64,000 nt of DNA from Stegostoma tigrinum (Eukaryota), in assembly GCF_030684315.1 (NCBI RefSeq), contig NC_081378.1, forward strand, positions 39,428,191 through 39,492,190. The letters are read 5' to 3'. Below are positions 39,741-53,019 of this stretch, piece after piece (position 1 is the stretch's first letter; each line of letters starts with the position of its first letter). Both the position numbers and the translations under genes were made by a program. The notes under the pieces are model-generated. The model had not been told where the DNA came from. It saw only the letters and a list, made by a program, of their open reading frames with translations, and did no database searches.

Positions 39741-40683
39741 TTTCTATTAACAGGCAGGCTTACCTTAGTAAGGGGAAAAAAATTATGCTATGACTTAGGT
39801 GGTCTTTTTCTGACTTTTTCAAAAGGAAAGGAAAAAGAAGGAAGCAAGTCACTCAAATGGTAGTTACACTCAAACAGGATATCCACCGATACCTCCTGGC
39901 ATAGTTGTGGGAGGAGAAAATACTATCGTGGACTGAATTGTGGAATCTGTCTTGTGTTTCTAAGCATCTATACTCCTTAGTTCGGAAAATTCAAGCTAAA
40001 TTATTCCTTAGGTAGCACAAAACCTATTTTAGCCAAATGGCAGAAGTGCATCTTGCTGCACCAATCTGTGAATTTCTTATGAAACTCAAAAACTTTAATT
40101 AATATTTTAGTCAAGGTGGGTAAATAAATGTGAGTGATCAGCTTGTTTTCCCTAACGTGTTGTTGAAAAATGGCTATTTTGGCCAATAAGAGTCCAGATC
40201 AGATGTGGTTACAATTTTATTTTGTAACAAATTGTTTTTTCCTCTCTCCCCAGCTATGGAATGAAGTTTAATAATCTCTCGATGCAGTGATATAACCATT
40301 TTATCAGTAACTTCACCGACATAATTTTATTTTCAAATTTGGTAAAATATCAACCATGGTACCAAACAGTACGTCTTAAAACCATTATCATTGTATGAAT
40401 ATCATAATCCCCTTATATGGTCAACATAAAATTGTTTTCACGTGTATTATTGCTTTCTCACAGTAGCTGAAGTGATACTGAATGTTTTTTAGGGAGTTCT
40501 AAATTTATTGCTTCAATCTAATCCCTACACGACTGATTTATTTATATGTTAAATTTCGTGTCAGAGTGAAAATTATATTCCTTGTGGGAGTAACTTTAAG
40601 ATTTCTGAGAATCCAAATATAATTATGATAAATTACACAGAGAACAGGCAACAGATTTCCAAAACTGCATATTTATACGTTTA

Positions 40684-40861
40684 GTAGGACCTGCCAATGC
40701 TGGAGTCAGAGATGATAAGGCGTGGAGCTGGAGGAACACAGCAGGCCAGGCATCATCAGAGGAGCAGGAAAGCTGATGCTTTGGGTCCAAAACATCAGCT
40801 TTCCTGCTCCTCTGATGATGCCTGGCCTACTGTGTTCCTCCAGCTCCACGCTTTGTTATCC
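40684..40861. mobile_element. Fold-back mini-PLE with 16-bp TSD
   Basis: Near-perfect palindrome 40711-40860; catatttatacgttta at 40668-40683 vs catatttataggttta at 40862-40877. Confidence 0.88.
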
Positions 40862-41384
40862 CATATTTATAGGTTTAATTCTTTTTAGGCTTGCAATGCT
40901 CAACACATTAGTGTCAAATCCTTGTGTATGATTTCCACATTTGTTAACTAGTTTAAAATAAGAAGTTTACTCAAATATGTTGGGTGGTATATGAACAGAG
41001 GAAGTTAAACTCTTTAAAGCTTGAATGTTATTGGAATTTAATAGTTACATTTCTGTTAACTCATTTTTATTAAATTCAACAAATCTGATTTATGGTCTGT
41101 TGTTTGTGTTTACTAATGAATTTCTGTTCAGAGGCCAAGTTGATAATGCTATAATTTTAAAGCAATAGTTATTTTCATTGCCTTGGTTATCTAATCCTTA
41201 AAGTAGTGAGAATATAGGTCCTTTTAGCAACAGGAGAAACCCACTGGCTCTGAAAATTTGTTGTGAACAGAAATAGTTATGTCTTTGGCTAAGTCTGAGT
41301 TGCGTTGATATTTTTGGACGATTTCTCATTAAGAAGCCTGGTGAGTTTTCTTCCATCTTACCAAACTCATCTCATTAAGCAAAA

Positions 41385-41508
41385 AGAAAAGAACTGCAGA
41401 TACTGGAAATAAGAAACAAACCCAGAGATTGCTGGAAAAACTCACCAAGTCTCACACCATCTGTAGAAACAAGGCAGAGTTAACATTTTGGGTCCGGTGA
41501 CCCTTCTG
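41385..41508 (-). mobile_element. PLE family B terminus
   Basis: Reverse complement of 11280-11405. Confidence 0.75.
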
Positions 41509-42074
41509 ACTATTTCTGAGCCCTTGGACTGGTTTTGGAGGATGCCCTTGATTTTCTGTGCTCGGACCCCCCTGAGCAATAGCTATCCCCCTTGACCTGA
41601 CCAAGGCTGCTGACAAGCTTCCCTTGTCTGTGCCTGCACTAAATAGAAAGGACCATGATGTAAGAAGAGTGTCAAATCTCTGGCTGAGGGGTAAAGTGTA
41701 AAAGTGCAAGATAGGGATGCAGTATGCATCCAGGTAAGCTTGGTGTGAATGAACACAATGAGAGTAAGAAAAGTGCTGAAGATGCAGCCTGATCCAGTAC
41801 ATGAGCTACGCGTGTGTCCCTGAGTGCACTATATCTTTGTGGCAGCATTGCAATGACAATTGCTAGTACGGCCCATGATGCCACATTTAAGTGCAGAAGC
41901 ATCCTGTATATGGTTCGGAGACTTGCCATGAGGGCTCTTAGAGGCTGGCGAAGATTAAATGTCAAAGTCCATGGATGTGGGGTACATGTACCTGGTTTCC
42001 ATGAATGCTGATACCTGAGATCCAGGACGGAGCTCTTTCAGACCAAGCGGTGAGCTGAATTCACTAGGTGTCTA

Positions 42075-42310
42075 TCAGACCAAAAGACATAGGAGCCAAA
42101 ATTAGGCCATTCAGCCCATCAAGTCTGCTCCACCATTCAATCGTGGCTGATAAATTCCTCAACCCCATTCTCCTGCCTTCTCCCTGTAATCCTTGATCCC
42201 CTTGATAATTAAGAACCTATCTTTCTCAGTCTTAAATGTACTCAATGACCTGGCCTCCACAGCCTTCTGTGGCAGTGAATTCCATAGATTCACGCTCTCT
42301 GGCTGCAGAG
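42075..42310 (-). mobile_element. CR1 3' fragment
   Basis: gacataggagc...ggccattcagcccatc...gaattccatagattcac. Confidence 0.85.
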
Positions 42311-44338
42311 GTTTCTCCTTATGTGATTTCCATGTCAAGCTTTCACATCATTTAGCTTGTGTACTGAGTTTGCCAAGTTAGAAAACTGAGTATTAATGAG
42401 GTAAACTGGGCCATCGACAAGGTGTTTAATTGCCCCAATTGGCAATTTGCTGCTGCCTAGTGAGAAACGTACTTTTCCATTTGTGTAGTGCATATAAAGA
42501 TGGAAAAAAGTGCATCTGACATCAAAATGTATCTCAATGGAATTCTTGTATAATTCTGTCATAAATCTCATCATAGCCAATGTTGCTTAGACACTTATAA
42601 GATTTTACCTTTTAAGTTTCTCCAGATATTTGCCAGCAAGGATTCTGTCATAAGCACTAGAGTATTTCTACCATAAAATACAAGTTCCTTTTTTGTTGAA
42701 CTGGAGTAGCAGAACATAAATAACATAAAAACAATTTAGATGAGTGGACTAAGAATCAATCTGATATTGGAACACACAACTATACAAAGTGCTTGTCTCT
42801 TTAAAGATTACAAAACCAAGTAGGTTTGTAAACTTTATATATCACTGTACAGGTCTCAATTGAAGTATCCAATTCTGAGCACCATGCATTGGCAAGAATG
42901 TCAAGGCTTTAGAAAGAATGCAAAGGAGATCTAATATTATGAGCAGCAGAATCTCCACAACCATTACACTTGTACGTATATCTCCAAGTTCTCATTCTGC
43001 TCCGCATTTTGATCCTTTGGTGTGCATCTTTTCTGTGCTAGGCCCGTGTGGAGGGAGAAGGAAGAAACAATGGATAATAATCTGACTTTTCCTAAATTTG
43101 TCTCAAAACTACAATTGATTTTCTATTTGGGATCCATTACAGTGTTGTGACTAAAACCTGTGTGCTTGTGAATAATGTGTGATCATGACATGTCCAGCAT
43201 GTTTCTTACCACTCCATGTTGATAAAATCATGTTTGTTCTGTCCTTCCTCCTTACTTGACTATCCATTTAGATGTTTTCATTGACAATGCTGCAGATAAC
43301 AGCAATGTAGGTGATGTGTTTTACCAAGACAGTTCATCTCAACTTACCACATAAAACTGCAGTGCTAGAAGTGCGATAGGCTCCTGCGAATATAAGCAGG
43401 GGTATTCATTCCCCCAGGTTATTCACAAGCAGCTATTTCTGTTAGTGGCTTTACCAAAGATGAGATCTCCGTGTAACTGAGGCATCCTTTTGCAACATAA
43501 TGCAAGCATTTATAAAATAAGGACTCTCTATGCATAACCACAAGAGACTGATTGTACTATAATATGAAGATTGGCCTCTGGAAATCCTTAAATTTTAATT
43601 AAGGAACAGCCAAATCATATTAAAGATGCTTTCTCATGAACAGTGACGGCATTTCCACTTCAAGTACACTTCAGAGCTCTAAATCAAACATGATTCCCCA
43701 TTTTTCAGTTTAAATTGAACTCAGATACTTAGTTGATTAAAAAGCAAGAAACAATCGGCTAATATTCCCAGCCCCTGAATGATATGTGCAATGATGAGTC
43801 AGTTCAGGATATATAGCGCAATTGGAAAAATTAGATTCTTGAAGTTGAAAAACAGTCAAATTTTCACATCCAAGGAACTTTCAGCTGTGACATCATCTTG
43901 TGGAGGCTATATGGTGGACTAGGCTACACGGTCATTTGTATGTGACATGAATGCTGACTGCACAAATTACTAAGGATCTGTCCTGTTTGTGATATTCCCC
44001 CTTATAGGTTCATTGGAACCATGATCAATGAATCCAGGCATAGCAAGGGCCATCGTCACTGTGGCAATGGTGCAATGAAAGCTCAGAGAAATTGAGGACC
44101 ACCAGATGCACCAGCAAGCCCAGGACAAACGGCAACCTACTGTAACTTTCAAACAGCCTCCACATGAAGACATCACAGGTACAGGGTTCTTTAGGATGTG
44201 GAGGTGGCCCAGAGGCCATGATCGTCAATGCCATTTCTTCCAGATGACTGAAGCAGAGTGCCAGCACACACCAAGGATGTCCTGGGACACCATCACACAA
44301 GCATGTCAACTGTTGGAACAGAACTTGCACCCTTAAGG

Positions 44339-44432
44339 TAATAAAATGAGAGGTTGGATGAACACAGCAGGCCCAGCAGCATCTCAGGAGCATAAAAGCT
44401 GACGTTTTGGGCCTAGACCCTTTCCCATTATC
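44339..44432 (-). mobile_element. 94-bp mini-PLE (family A) with perfect 16-bp TSD
   Basis: acttgcacccttaagg at 44323-44338 and 44433-44448. Confidence 0.9.
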
Positions 44433-44559
44433 ACTTGCACCCTTAAGGAGTGGGTGGTCATTCTATCCTGGTTATAGCTAACCTAAATTTTTATGTAACA
44501 GGCTTCTGCCAATGATCCATGTCAGTGATGTAGCACGTGCTCTAGGTTTTGTCAACATA

Positions 44560-44970
44560 ACTCTTGATTCCCTTAGAGATCAAAATTCTGTCTCAGACTT
44601 GAATGCACTTAATGACCTAACTTGACAACCCTCTAAGGTAATGAACCCAACCAATTCACAGATCTCTGAGACAAGAAATCTTTTGTCGTTTCAGTCTTAA
44701 ATGTGCAACACGTTATTCTGAGATTATGCCCTCTGGTTCTGGACTCTCCCACAAAGAAAAACAACTTTTCCTTAATCTACCCTGTCAAATACCCTAATAA
44801 TCGTGTATGTTTGAATTTGACTGCCGCACATTCCTTTATATTCCAACGTGCACAGGCACAGCCTACTCAATTAGACAGACGCCCATACCTTGTATCAGCC
44901 TACTTAACATTCTTTAGATGCCTCCAATGACAATATATGTCTTCTTAAATAAGGGGCCAAAATTGCACAG
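44560..44970 (-). mobile_element. CR1 3' fragment, decayed
   Basis: attctgagattatgccctctggttctggactctccc, as in the other CR1 copies. Confidence 0.75.
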
Positions 44971-44974
44971 TCCA

Positions 44975-45367
44975 TCCCGCAAGCCAGCCTTCCATCCATT
45001 GATTCCATTTATACTTCTTGTTGCCTTATGAAGGTAGCCAACATAATCAACGACCCTCCCACCTGTTTATAATCTCTTCCAACCTCTTCCATCAGGCTGA
45101 AGATACAAAAGCTTAAACACATATGCCATCAGATTCAAGAACAGCTTCTTTCCTGCTGTTATTACACGACTGAATTGACCTCTAAAATTTTAAATTTATT
45201 GTTGATCTCACTCTTTGTCACCTTCTCTGCAGCCATTGTGCTCTTCATTCTGTTCAGTTATCCTAACACAATTTGTAAGGTATGTACTACACACAAAGCA
45301 AAACTTTTCACTGTACCTTGGTACATGTGACAAAAATAAATCTAATCAAATAATAAATCAAATCAAA
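44975..45367 (+). mobile_element. Rex1/Babar-type LINE 3' end
   Basis: Encodes LPSG.RYKSL...RFKNSFFPAVI.RLN; tail ttttcactgtaccttggtacatgtgacaa followed by AAATC repeats. Confidence 0.8.
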
Positions 45368-45649
45368 ATTATTCACTATATTCCAGCTATGCGCTGGCTA
45401 GCACCTTGTATAGTTTTAGTAAAACCTCCCTATGTTTACACTAATTTCCCTTTGAAATAAAGACCAAAATCCAATTTGACTTTCCTATTAATCACAGAAA
45501 TTAGATGTTGGCTTTTTGAACCCAATTGCTGCTCACAGGAAACAGTCCTTCACCATACACATTGTGGGAGGGCAATGAAAAATGGAAAACTTCTAATGCC
45601 ATATAGGTGCATGGGTGGCCCTCCTTGCAAACTGAAGCTCATGTTTGTA

Positions 45650-45860
45650 AATGGAAAACGTTGGAGAAATTTAACAGGTCTAGCATCATCTCTAGAAAGG
45701 AAAACAGAATTAATGTTTCAAGTTAGTTCTGATGAAGGATCACTAGTCTTGAAATCGTTACTTTGTTTTTCTCTCTACTGATGCTGCCAGACGTATTGAG
45801 TTTCTCCAGCACCTTATGTGTTTGTTTCAGATCTCCGCATCCTCACTTCATTGTTTTATA
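45650..45860. mobile_element. Old fold-back PLE family B terminus
   Basis: Inverted arm 45655-45720, then CTGATGA (45729) and the family B tail. Confidence 0.65.
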
Positions 45861-46159
45861 TTTGAAAATATCTTGCTGTCTTACAACATCACCTGTTGAA
45901 TCAACTGTCATTCTAACTGCAGCTACATGAATTAAGCTTCCCATCCTTAATGCCATACAATGTTATAATTCTGTCTAAGGGAGTGCTAATGCTTCACTAG
46001 CGCCCATTGTACAATCATTATTCAACAAAGGAAAATTACATGTTCAAAAGCCTTCAAGCATTTGAAAGCATGAACTTTTATTGAACAGCAAAGAAATACA
46101 CCAACAAAGAAAGTTGTACTTACTTCGAGAAAAATTGGGGCTGCTTGTTTTGTGAGCAA

Positions 46160-46439
46160 TTCCTAGAAGCATGGCATTCCAACCGGAACTCCATCAACAA
46201 ACACATTGATTTGGAGCCAATCTACCATCCCCTGAGAAAAAGAACAGGAAATGACATCACCAACCCAAGGAAACCTAACCAGATAAATAGAAAGCGGGAC
46301 ATAACACCAGCGCTTCGTCGGAGGCTCACTGATGATGTTACCTAGAATGGTGACGAAACATCTGAAAACTAACCTTCCAGCTCAGCGAGCAAACGCACAT
46401 CTAGAACCTCAGCCTGAGCTACAAATCTTCTCAAAACTC
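46160..46439 (+). mobile_element. 5'-truncated PLE of a distinct (Poseidon/Perere-like) family with hammerhead motif and 8-bp TSD
   Basis: Encodes FLEAWHSNRNSINKHIDLEPIYHPL (GIY-YIG C-terminus); gtgagcaa at 46152-46159 and 46440-46447. Confidence 0.8.
46326..46365 (+). ncRNA. Minimal type-I hammerhead ribozyme motif
   Basis: tca CTGATGA t GTTACC tagaat GGTGAC GAAA CATC tga: stem I 3 bp, stem II 6 bp, intact core. Confidence 0.7.
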
Positions 46440-47784
46440 GTGAGCAACAATAGATCTACACTTAATGAACAATCACTTCATTCAACTCCCAATTATTAGT
46501 ATCTAATTTCAATTCAGTCTTATTTGGCTTGTTGCACCTGATGCCGCAGCCCTCTATCAGGCTGAAAGTGATGTTCCTCCTTTACAACTCCTAATCTTCC
46601 CTCAGAAAACTGCTTCTCCTCTCCCAGCTCTTCAGCATCTATCACGTCTGATTTTTCCTCTACAGTTTTGCAGAACACACCATGTAAGCATTATATGGCT
46701 GCTGCAAGGCCTTTCCAGACAGATCCTGCCTCAGAATCTCATCTTCAGGGGGATTTTTGTCTGAGCCACGATGATCCTGTTAAAGAATGGGTTGTTATCA
46801 CACTGTTGAATGGACTCTAGCCTCAAATAATGTAATCTGTATGCCTTTAAGTCTTGTTGATCTGCACATCTTTTGTTTGCTGTGATCTGCCTGTACCACT
46901 CGTAGACAAAGTTTTTCTCTGTATTTCAGTACACGGGACAATCAATCAGTCATGGTATCTGTGCTCAGCCTCAGTCAGGGGTTGTAATGGAACCATTAAC
47001 AATGGTTGCAGAGGGTGGCTCTTGTGCCCTAGTAGCCATCCTAGTAAGGCATCTGGACCCTGAAACAAAGCAAGAACATAAGAGTTGTTCAGCATACAGG
47101 CATCATAGCAGTGCCTAGGGTACTGGGCATTGTCTTTTAGAGTGTGGTGCCAACGATCACAGATGCCTTGTCAATTGATGCAAGCGAACACTTTTCTCAT
47201 GATGAAGTCAGCTGTGTTACATAATGGCGATTTCAACGCATCTTGCAGTGCCCTGCACCTGGGGCAAGGGCTATAGGAGGAGGCAGGGAAATGGAGTTGA
47301 GGATTATCAGAATGGTGGAGCAGACTCAATGGACATCTGCTCCTACCGCTTATGATCCTTTGAGTTGATGTACACTGGGTTCTAATTATAGTGCCGGTAG
47401 TGGTAATCCCGGAAGGTGCCAGCTGTGATGCATGCTTTGCCACTGGTGAGTGCACACTGGTGCGGGAACAGTGCCACAGAGGCACGGTGCACATATAATG
47501 TGGTGAGCAGCAGGAAATTGTGTGAGGAAACTCGCAAGGGTAAACAGAGGGAAACCTTCCAGGAAACTCCCTAAAATTGACACATCGCTGATTTTTGGTG
47601 AAACTCAATTCTCTGTTTACTTTTAGATCTGTCACTGGAGACTGATAAAATGTAACTTAAGAAGAAAAGAACCTGATTTAATTATAATTTTGGAAACAGA
47701 AATATCAAACAGCAAAAATGAATTAGAATTAAATCAGAACAAAAATTAACTAGGGTTCAGTGGAATTGTTAAATTCACAATATC

Positions 47785-47890
47785 AGTTCTGAGAAAGGGT
47801 CACTGGACCTGAAATGTTAATTCTGTTTCCTCTCCACAGATGCTGGCAGAGCTACTGCACTGATCCAGTAAATTCTGTTTTTATTTCTGT
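47785..47890 (+). mobile_element. PLE family B terminus
   Basis: agtt CTGAGAA A GGGTC actg GACCT GAAA TGTT aatt. Confidence 0.75.
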
Positions 47891-48384
47891 ACTAATGCTG
47901 TCTTCAGCTTTCTCTTTTTTTAAATCAAATTAAGTTCCATTAAATATGCCTTCTCCGTTCACCACCAGAAGCAACTTCTTGGCTTCTGGCCACACCGTCT
48001 GTATCATAACTTCCTTCCTTATGCAGTTTGCTGTTTACACTGCTTCCAGGTCACATGGAACAGTACTCTTCATGATCTAAATAAATTACAATTGATCCCT
48101 TTACAATCGATTTGTTCCTGTTTCACTCCTCTTCTTGATTTACAGCTATTACTAAAACATTTTTTGTATCCTCTATGGTGAAGTTGGAGGCAAAATATTT
48201 GAGCACTTTGTTTGCCATTTCCTTATTATCTGGTATTAATTCCCCATTCTCATTCTCTAGAGTACCATCCTTTGCTGAAAATTTGTAAAATGAATTTAAA
48301 ACTATGGGGAATCTGAACTACTAATTCCTCTCATTAAACAATTGCTTTCTGTTCTTATTATAATTATCTGTTGACATCACCACC

Positions 48385-48565
48385 ATTCTGCCTCCACCCC
48401 TCCCCCTTCCCCCTCTTTTATCTGCAGCTTCTCCTACATTCATATCGAGTCCTGAAGAAGGGTAATATTTGAATGTTGGATGCTCCTTTCCTCCAGATGC
48501 TGCCTGCCTTGCTGTGTTCTTCCAGCCTCCTGTTTGTCTACCTCGGCTTCTGGCATCTGGAGTTT
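48385..48565 (+). mobile_element. Old PLE-type terminus
   Basis: CT-rich tract, CTGAAGA at 48452, and a gatgctgcctgccttgctgtgttcttccagc tail. Confidence 0.55.
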
Positions 48566-49001
48566 TTTTTAATGTCTCGAACCTTTTGACATATGTTGTT
48601 TACAAAAGTAAAATCTGTCTTTTTTATGTTTTACCTATATTCTCAAGGTTTTATATGCAAATGAAATTTCGACTTATTGACTGAATTATTTTGCAATAAG
48701 TCATCAGCTACCGGTTACAAGTTTCTATTTCTTTTCAAATCTGCCTGACCTCTGTCTTTAGTTCCCTTAGTCTTCTCAACACATTATGCTGTGCACTGAT
48801 GCGTGATAATTATATATGAATTAGGAATGATTGTCTGTTGCGTTGTGCAAACATAAAATATGAATGAAACAGATGAGGCATTTGGATAACATTTACTCAA
48901 AGGTTTCCTCTCACTTTCCACTTCTTGTTGCAAACAACCCAATGCTTAATTAGAGTATTACACTTTTTGTTACCCTATTTCTAATTTCAACTTTAGATCG
49001 T

Positions 49002-50400
49002 TATAGAGTATAGAGTATAGAGTATAGAACATTACAGCATAGTACAGGCCCTTCGGCCCTCGATGTTGTGCCGACCTGACATCCCGATCTGAAGCCCATC
49101 TAACCTCCACTATTCCATGTACGTCCATATGCTTATCCAATGACAACTTAAATGTATCTAAAGTTGGCAAATCTACAACCGTTGCAGGCAAAGCATTCCG
49201 TTCCCTGACTACTCTGAGTAAAGAAACTACCTCTTGACATCTGTCCTCTATCTTTCACCCCTCAATTTAAAGCTATGCCCCCTCGTGCTCGCCGTCATCA
49301 TCCTAGGAAAAAGGATCTCCCTATCCACCCTATCTAACCCTCTGATTATTTTATATGTTTCAATTAAGTCACCTCTCAACCTTCTTCTCTCTAATGAAAA
49401 CAGCCTCAAGTCCCTCAGCCTTTCCTCGTAAGACCTTCCCTCCATACCAGGCAACATCCTAGTAAATCTCCTCTGCACCCTTTCCAAAGCTTCCACATTC
49501 TTCTTATAATGCGGTGACCAGAACTGTACACAATACTCCAAGTGCGGCAGCATAACCTCATGGTTCCGGAACTCGATCCCTCTATTAATAAAAGCTAAAA
49601 CACTGTATGCCTTCTTAACAGCCCTGTCAACCTGGGTGGCAACTTTCAAGGATCTGTGTACATGGACACCGAGATCTCTCTGCTCATCTACACTGCTAAG
49701 AATCTTACCATTAGCCCAGTACTTTGCCTTCTGGTTACTACTACCAAAGTGCATCACCTCACACTTGTCCACATTAAACTCCATTTGCCACCTCTCCTCT
49801 CAGCTCAGCTCTGCAGCTTATCTATGTCTCTCTACAACCTGGAGCATCCTTTGTCACTATCCACAACTCCACTGACCTTAGCGTCATCTGCAAATTTACT
49901 AACCCATCCTTCTACGCCCGCATCCAGGTCATTTATAAAAATGACAAACAGCAGTGGACCCAACACCGACCCTTGCGGTACACCACTAGTAACTGGTCTC
50001 CAGGATGAACATTTCCCATCAACTACCACCCTCTGTCTTCTTTCAACAAGCCAATTTCTGATCCAAACTGCTGTATCTCCCACAATTCCATTCCTCCGCA
50101 TTTTGTACAATAGCCTATTGTGGGGAACCTTATCGAACGCCTTGCTGAAATCCATATACACCACATCAACCGGTTTACTCTCATCTACCTGTTTGGTCAC
50201 CTTCTCAAAGAACTCAAGGTTTGTGAGGCACGACCTTCCCTTCACAGAACCGTGCTGACTATCCCTAATCAATTAATTCTTTTCTAGATGATTATCAATC
50301 CTATCCCTTATAACCTTTTCCAACACTTGACCAACAACTGAGCTAAGGCTCACTGGTCTATAATTACCAGGGTTGTCTCTACTCCCCTTCTTAAACAGGG
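49002..50400 (-). mobile_element. CR1 LINE ORF2 (RT to 3' end), frameshifted
   Basis: ORFs contain [32 protein letters not shown] and HLEYCVQFWSP; (TATAGAG)3 tail. Confidence 0.97.
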
Positions 50401-50558
50401 GTGCAGGTCTCTGGCACAGAGTCTGTCCCTCTTGCACAAAAGGGAAGGGGGGATAGGAAGAGAGTGACAGTCACTGGGGACTCAATAGTTAGAGGGACTG
50501 ATAGAAGGTTTGCTGGGAACGCAAGAGACTCACGATTGGTGTGTTGCCTCCCAGATGC
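50401..50558 (+). mobile_element. CR1 ORF1 SGNH-esterase fragment, inverted relative to the adjacent ORF2
   Basis: Encodes VTGDSIVRGTDRRFAGNARDSRLVCCLPDA, the GDS motif region of CR1 ORF1 esterases. Confidence 0.85.
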
Positions 50559-53019
50559 CAGTTGTTTCAAATTAATGTTGCCTAGTAGCAGATAATTTAT
50601 TTTCTGTGATTACCTCATATAATTGCCCTTTAACACTCTACTAATTTACAAAGTTTTCTGATGTACAACTAAGAGGAGAAATGTGACAATAATAACAATG
50701 GGGAAAGGAACAGACCACAGTATTCCTCATTTCAACATGTCATTGCTTTGAGTAAAAAATTTGCACTTAATGACTTCTGACCTTTCCATAGTACAAAGAG
50801 TTAAATGTGGGTGTAGCATACAATGTTCTCAAGTCAACCATTTTGAACCCTTTTGGAAGATACAGGATCAGTATCTTTCCGAGCCTTGATCTTCGCACAC
50901 TCCTGGTTTTACCCACTCAGTTATCCTTACTGTGGATCATTCATGCGTGATGCCTTGTAGGATCTTCCAATAACAAAGCAGCTCCTATTGTAGCAACATA
51001 GAAATAGCCATAATTTCTTATTTTGAAATAGTGCAAATGCAAAGTAGTGCATTGTGAAATCTTGCTTTTCACCTTTCACTTGAGCCAAGATCAGAGACAG
51101 TTAGGAACTAAAATTAGTTTTGCTGACTGGTGAGCTGACTCCATCCTACTTCTGGGCTGTTTTTGCAGTGGCGTGTTCAGGAAGGTGGGGTGGCAGGGTT
51201 ACCTCAAGTATAAATTGGGTGACTGACCTGATTCCTTCTTCATTCCAATTAAATGAGGCTGCCTGGTGGTTTGCAGTTGGCCTCCTGTTTCCCACAGATG
51301 GCGGTGCCAGCCTGGTTGCCTACAAGTGGAAATCTCTGATCAGCTCATAGGTGCTAAAGTAATCAGTCACTCCAAATTAATTATAAATTCTCATTGCTTC
51401 TTCATAAATAATTAAACTGAATGGTATGTATTTGTCTGATTTCTTTCTTCTTAAATAATGGAGTGACATTAGCAAATTTCAGAGCTAATGGAACTGTATG
51501 ACCACTTTGGCAGTTTCGTCATCTACATCTTTTCATAGCCTGAAGCCAAATGAATTGGGTCCTAGAGATGAATCTATCCCAAGGGACATGAATTCACCAT
51601 TTTGAAATATTGCATTAAATCCATTCAGTTCCTCTCTTTGATTTATTTTTAATACCCTTAATGCAACCACTGGTATTTTAATCTAGTTTTCATCCATCTT
51701 AACTTTCTTTTGCTGCTCCTTAACTTGTATTCCATTGGAATTTATCTTATGTTTGTATAGTGACTAATTCTCTTAATGTCATCAAGAAATTTCAGAATAC
51801 TGAATATTATTTATGAGGAGTACGTAAAACACAAGAGTTCTAAGTTACAGTAGGGTTGAGGAAAAGAAAAAGCATTAAATCAGGCCTAAAGCTAAGAATT
51901 TGGGCAGTACTATAAATGAAGTGAGTTATTAAACTATTAAAAAATTTGGAAACTGCATTTAACCCATTCAGATGGTCTGCTTTGATTGCTCTTTAAGTTG
52001 TATGGATCCTATAAAGATATATGATTTCATTAGCAAATTGTAACTGAAGCCTTGGACCTTTTAAGTATTAGTTTTAAGAGATATGTATGGTGATGGCAAG
52101 GACATCATTTCTACACAACTTCAAATGATAATTAAGCATCTGTTGCCTTGCTGTGGGTCTGGAGTCATAAATAAGCTAGACCAGGCAAGGATTCAGAGTT
52201 TCTGTCCTGAAGGGAAACAGATGTGTTTTTTTATATAACAATCTCATCATTATTAGGTCCACTAATGAAAGATCCATTAATCATGCTCAACTTTAGTGAT
52301 ACGAGAATTTTATTCCAGGCTTAGTTAATTCCCTTGCTACTACATGGAACTATGTACAATATTAGTCCCAGTAAGTGGATGACAAGTCTAGTAGCATAAC
52401 CACTGTGAAACCATAACTAACAAATTTTAAAAATGTAGGACATTATGGCAAACTGTTTTGACCTGGGAAATGTGTGAGTTGTTTTATTCTTTCCTGCAAT
52501 ACTATCATAGCTGGATAGAGACACATGCTCATAGCTATGGTCTGGAGGCTAGACTAGATAAGGATAGTGAATCTCCTTCTCTAATAGACAGTAGTGATAG
52601 TTTTTTTATGACAATTGACAGTGGTTACGTCTAGACTAGCTTTTTTATTCCAGATGTTAATTGAAGCCATTTCTCACCCTATGCAATGGTAGGATTCAAA
52701 TCTGAATCCCGAGAACATTAGTCTAAGTTTCTGGGTTATGAATCTTGTCATATTACTGCTATGCCACCACCTTGTCAGGTGCCCTCGATCAGGTAGGTAC
52801 CAGAAACTGATACAGAGTAGCAGCTTTTTGGTAGGTGGTATGTGAATATTTACATACAAGAGGATGCCTACAGGATTGAAGCAATATTTCTAGCATCTGG
52901 TTCTGTCATGGAAAGGTATTTATGAAAGTTTCAAAATCATATGGCAGGACCCCAATTCAAGAAAAAACTGTAACATTCCCTGTACAGTACCAGTGGGGTA
53001 TACCGACAGCTCCTGGCCA

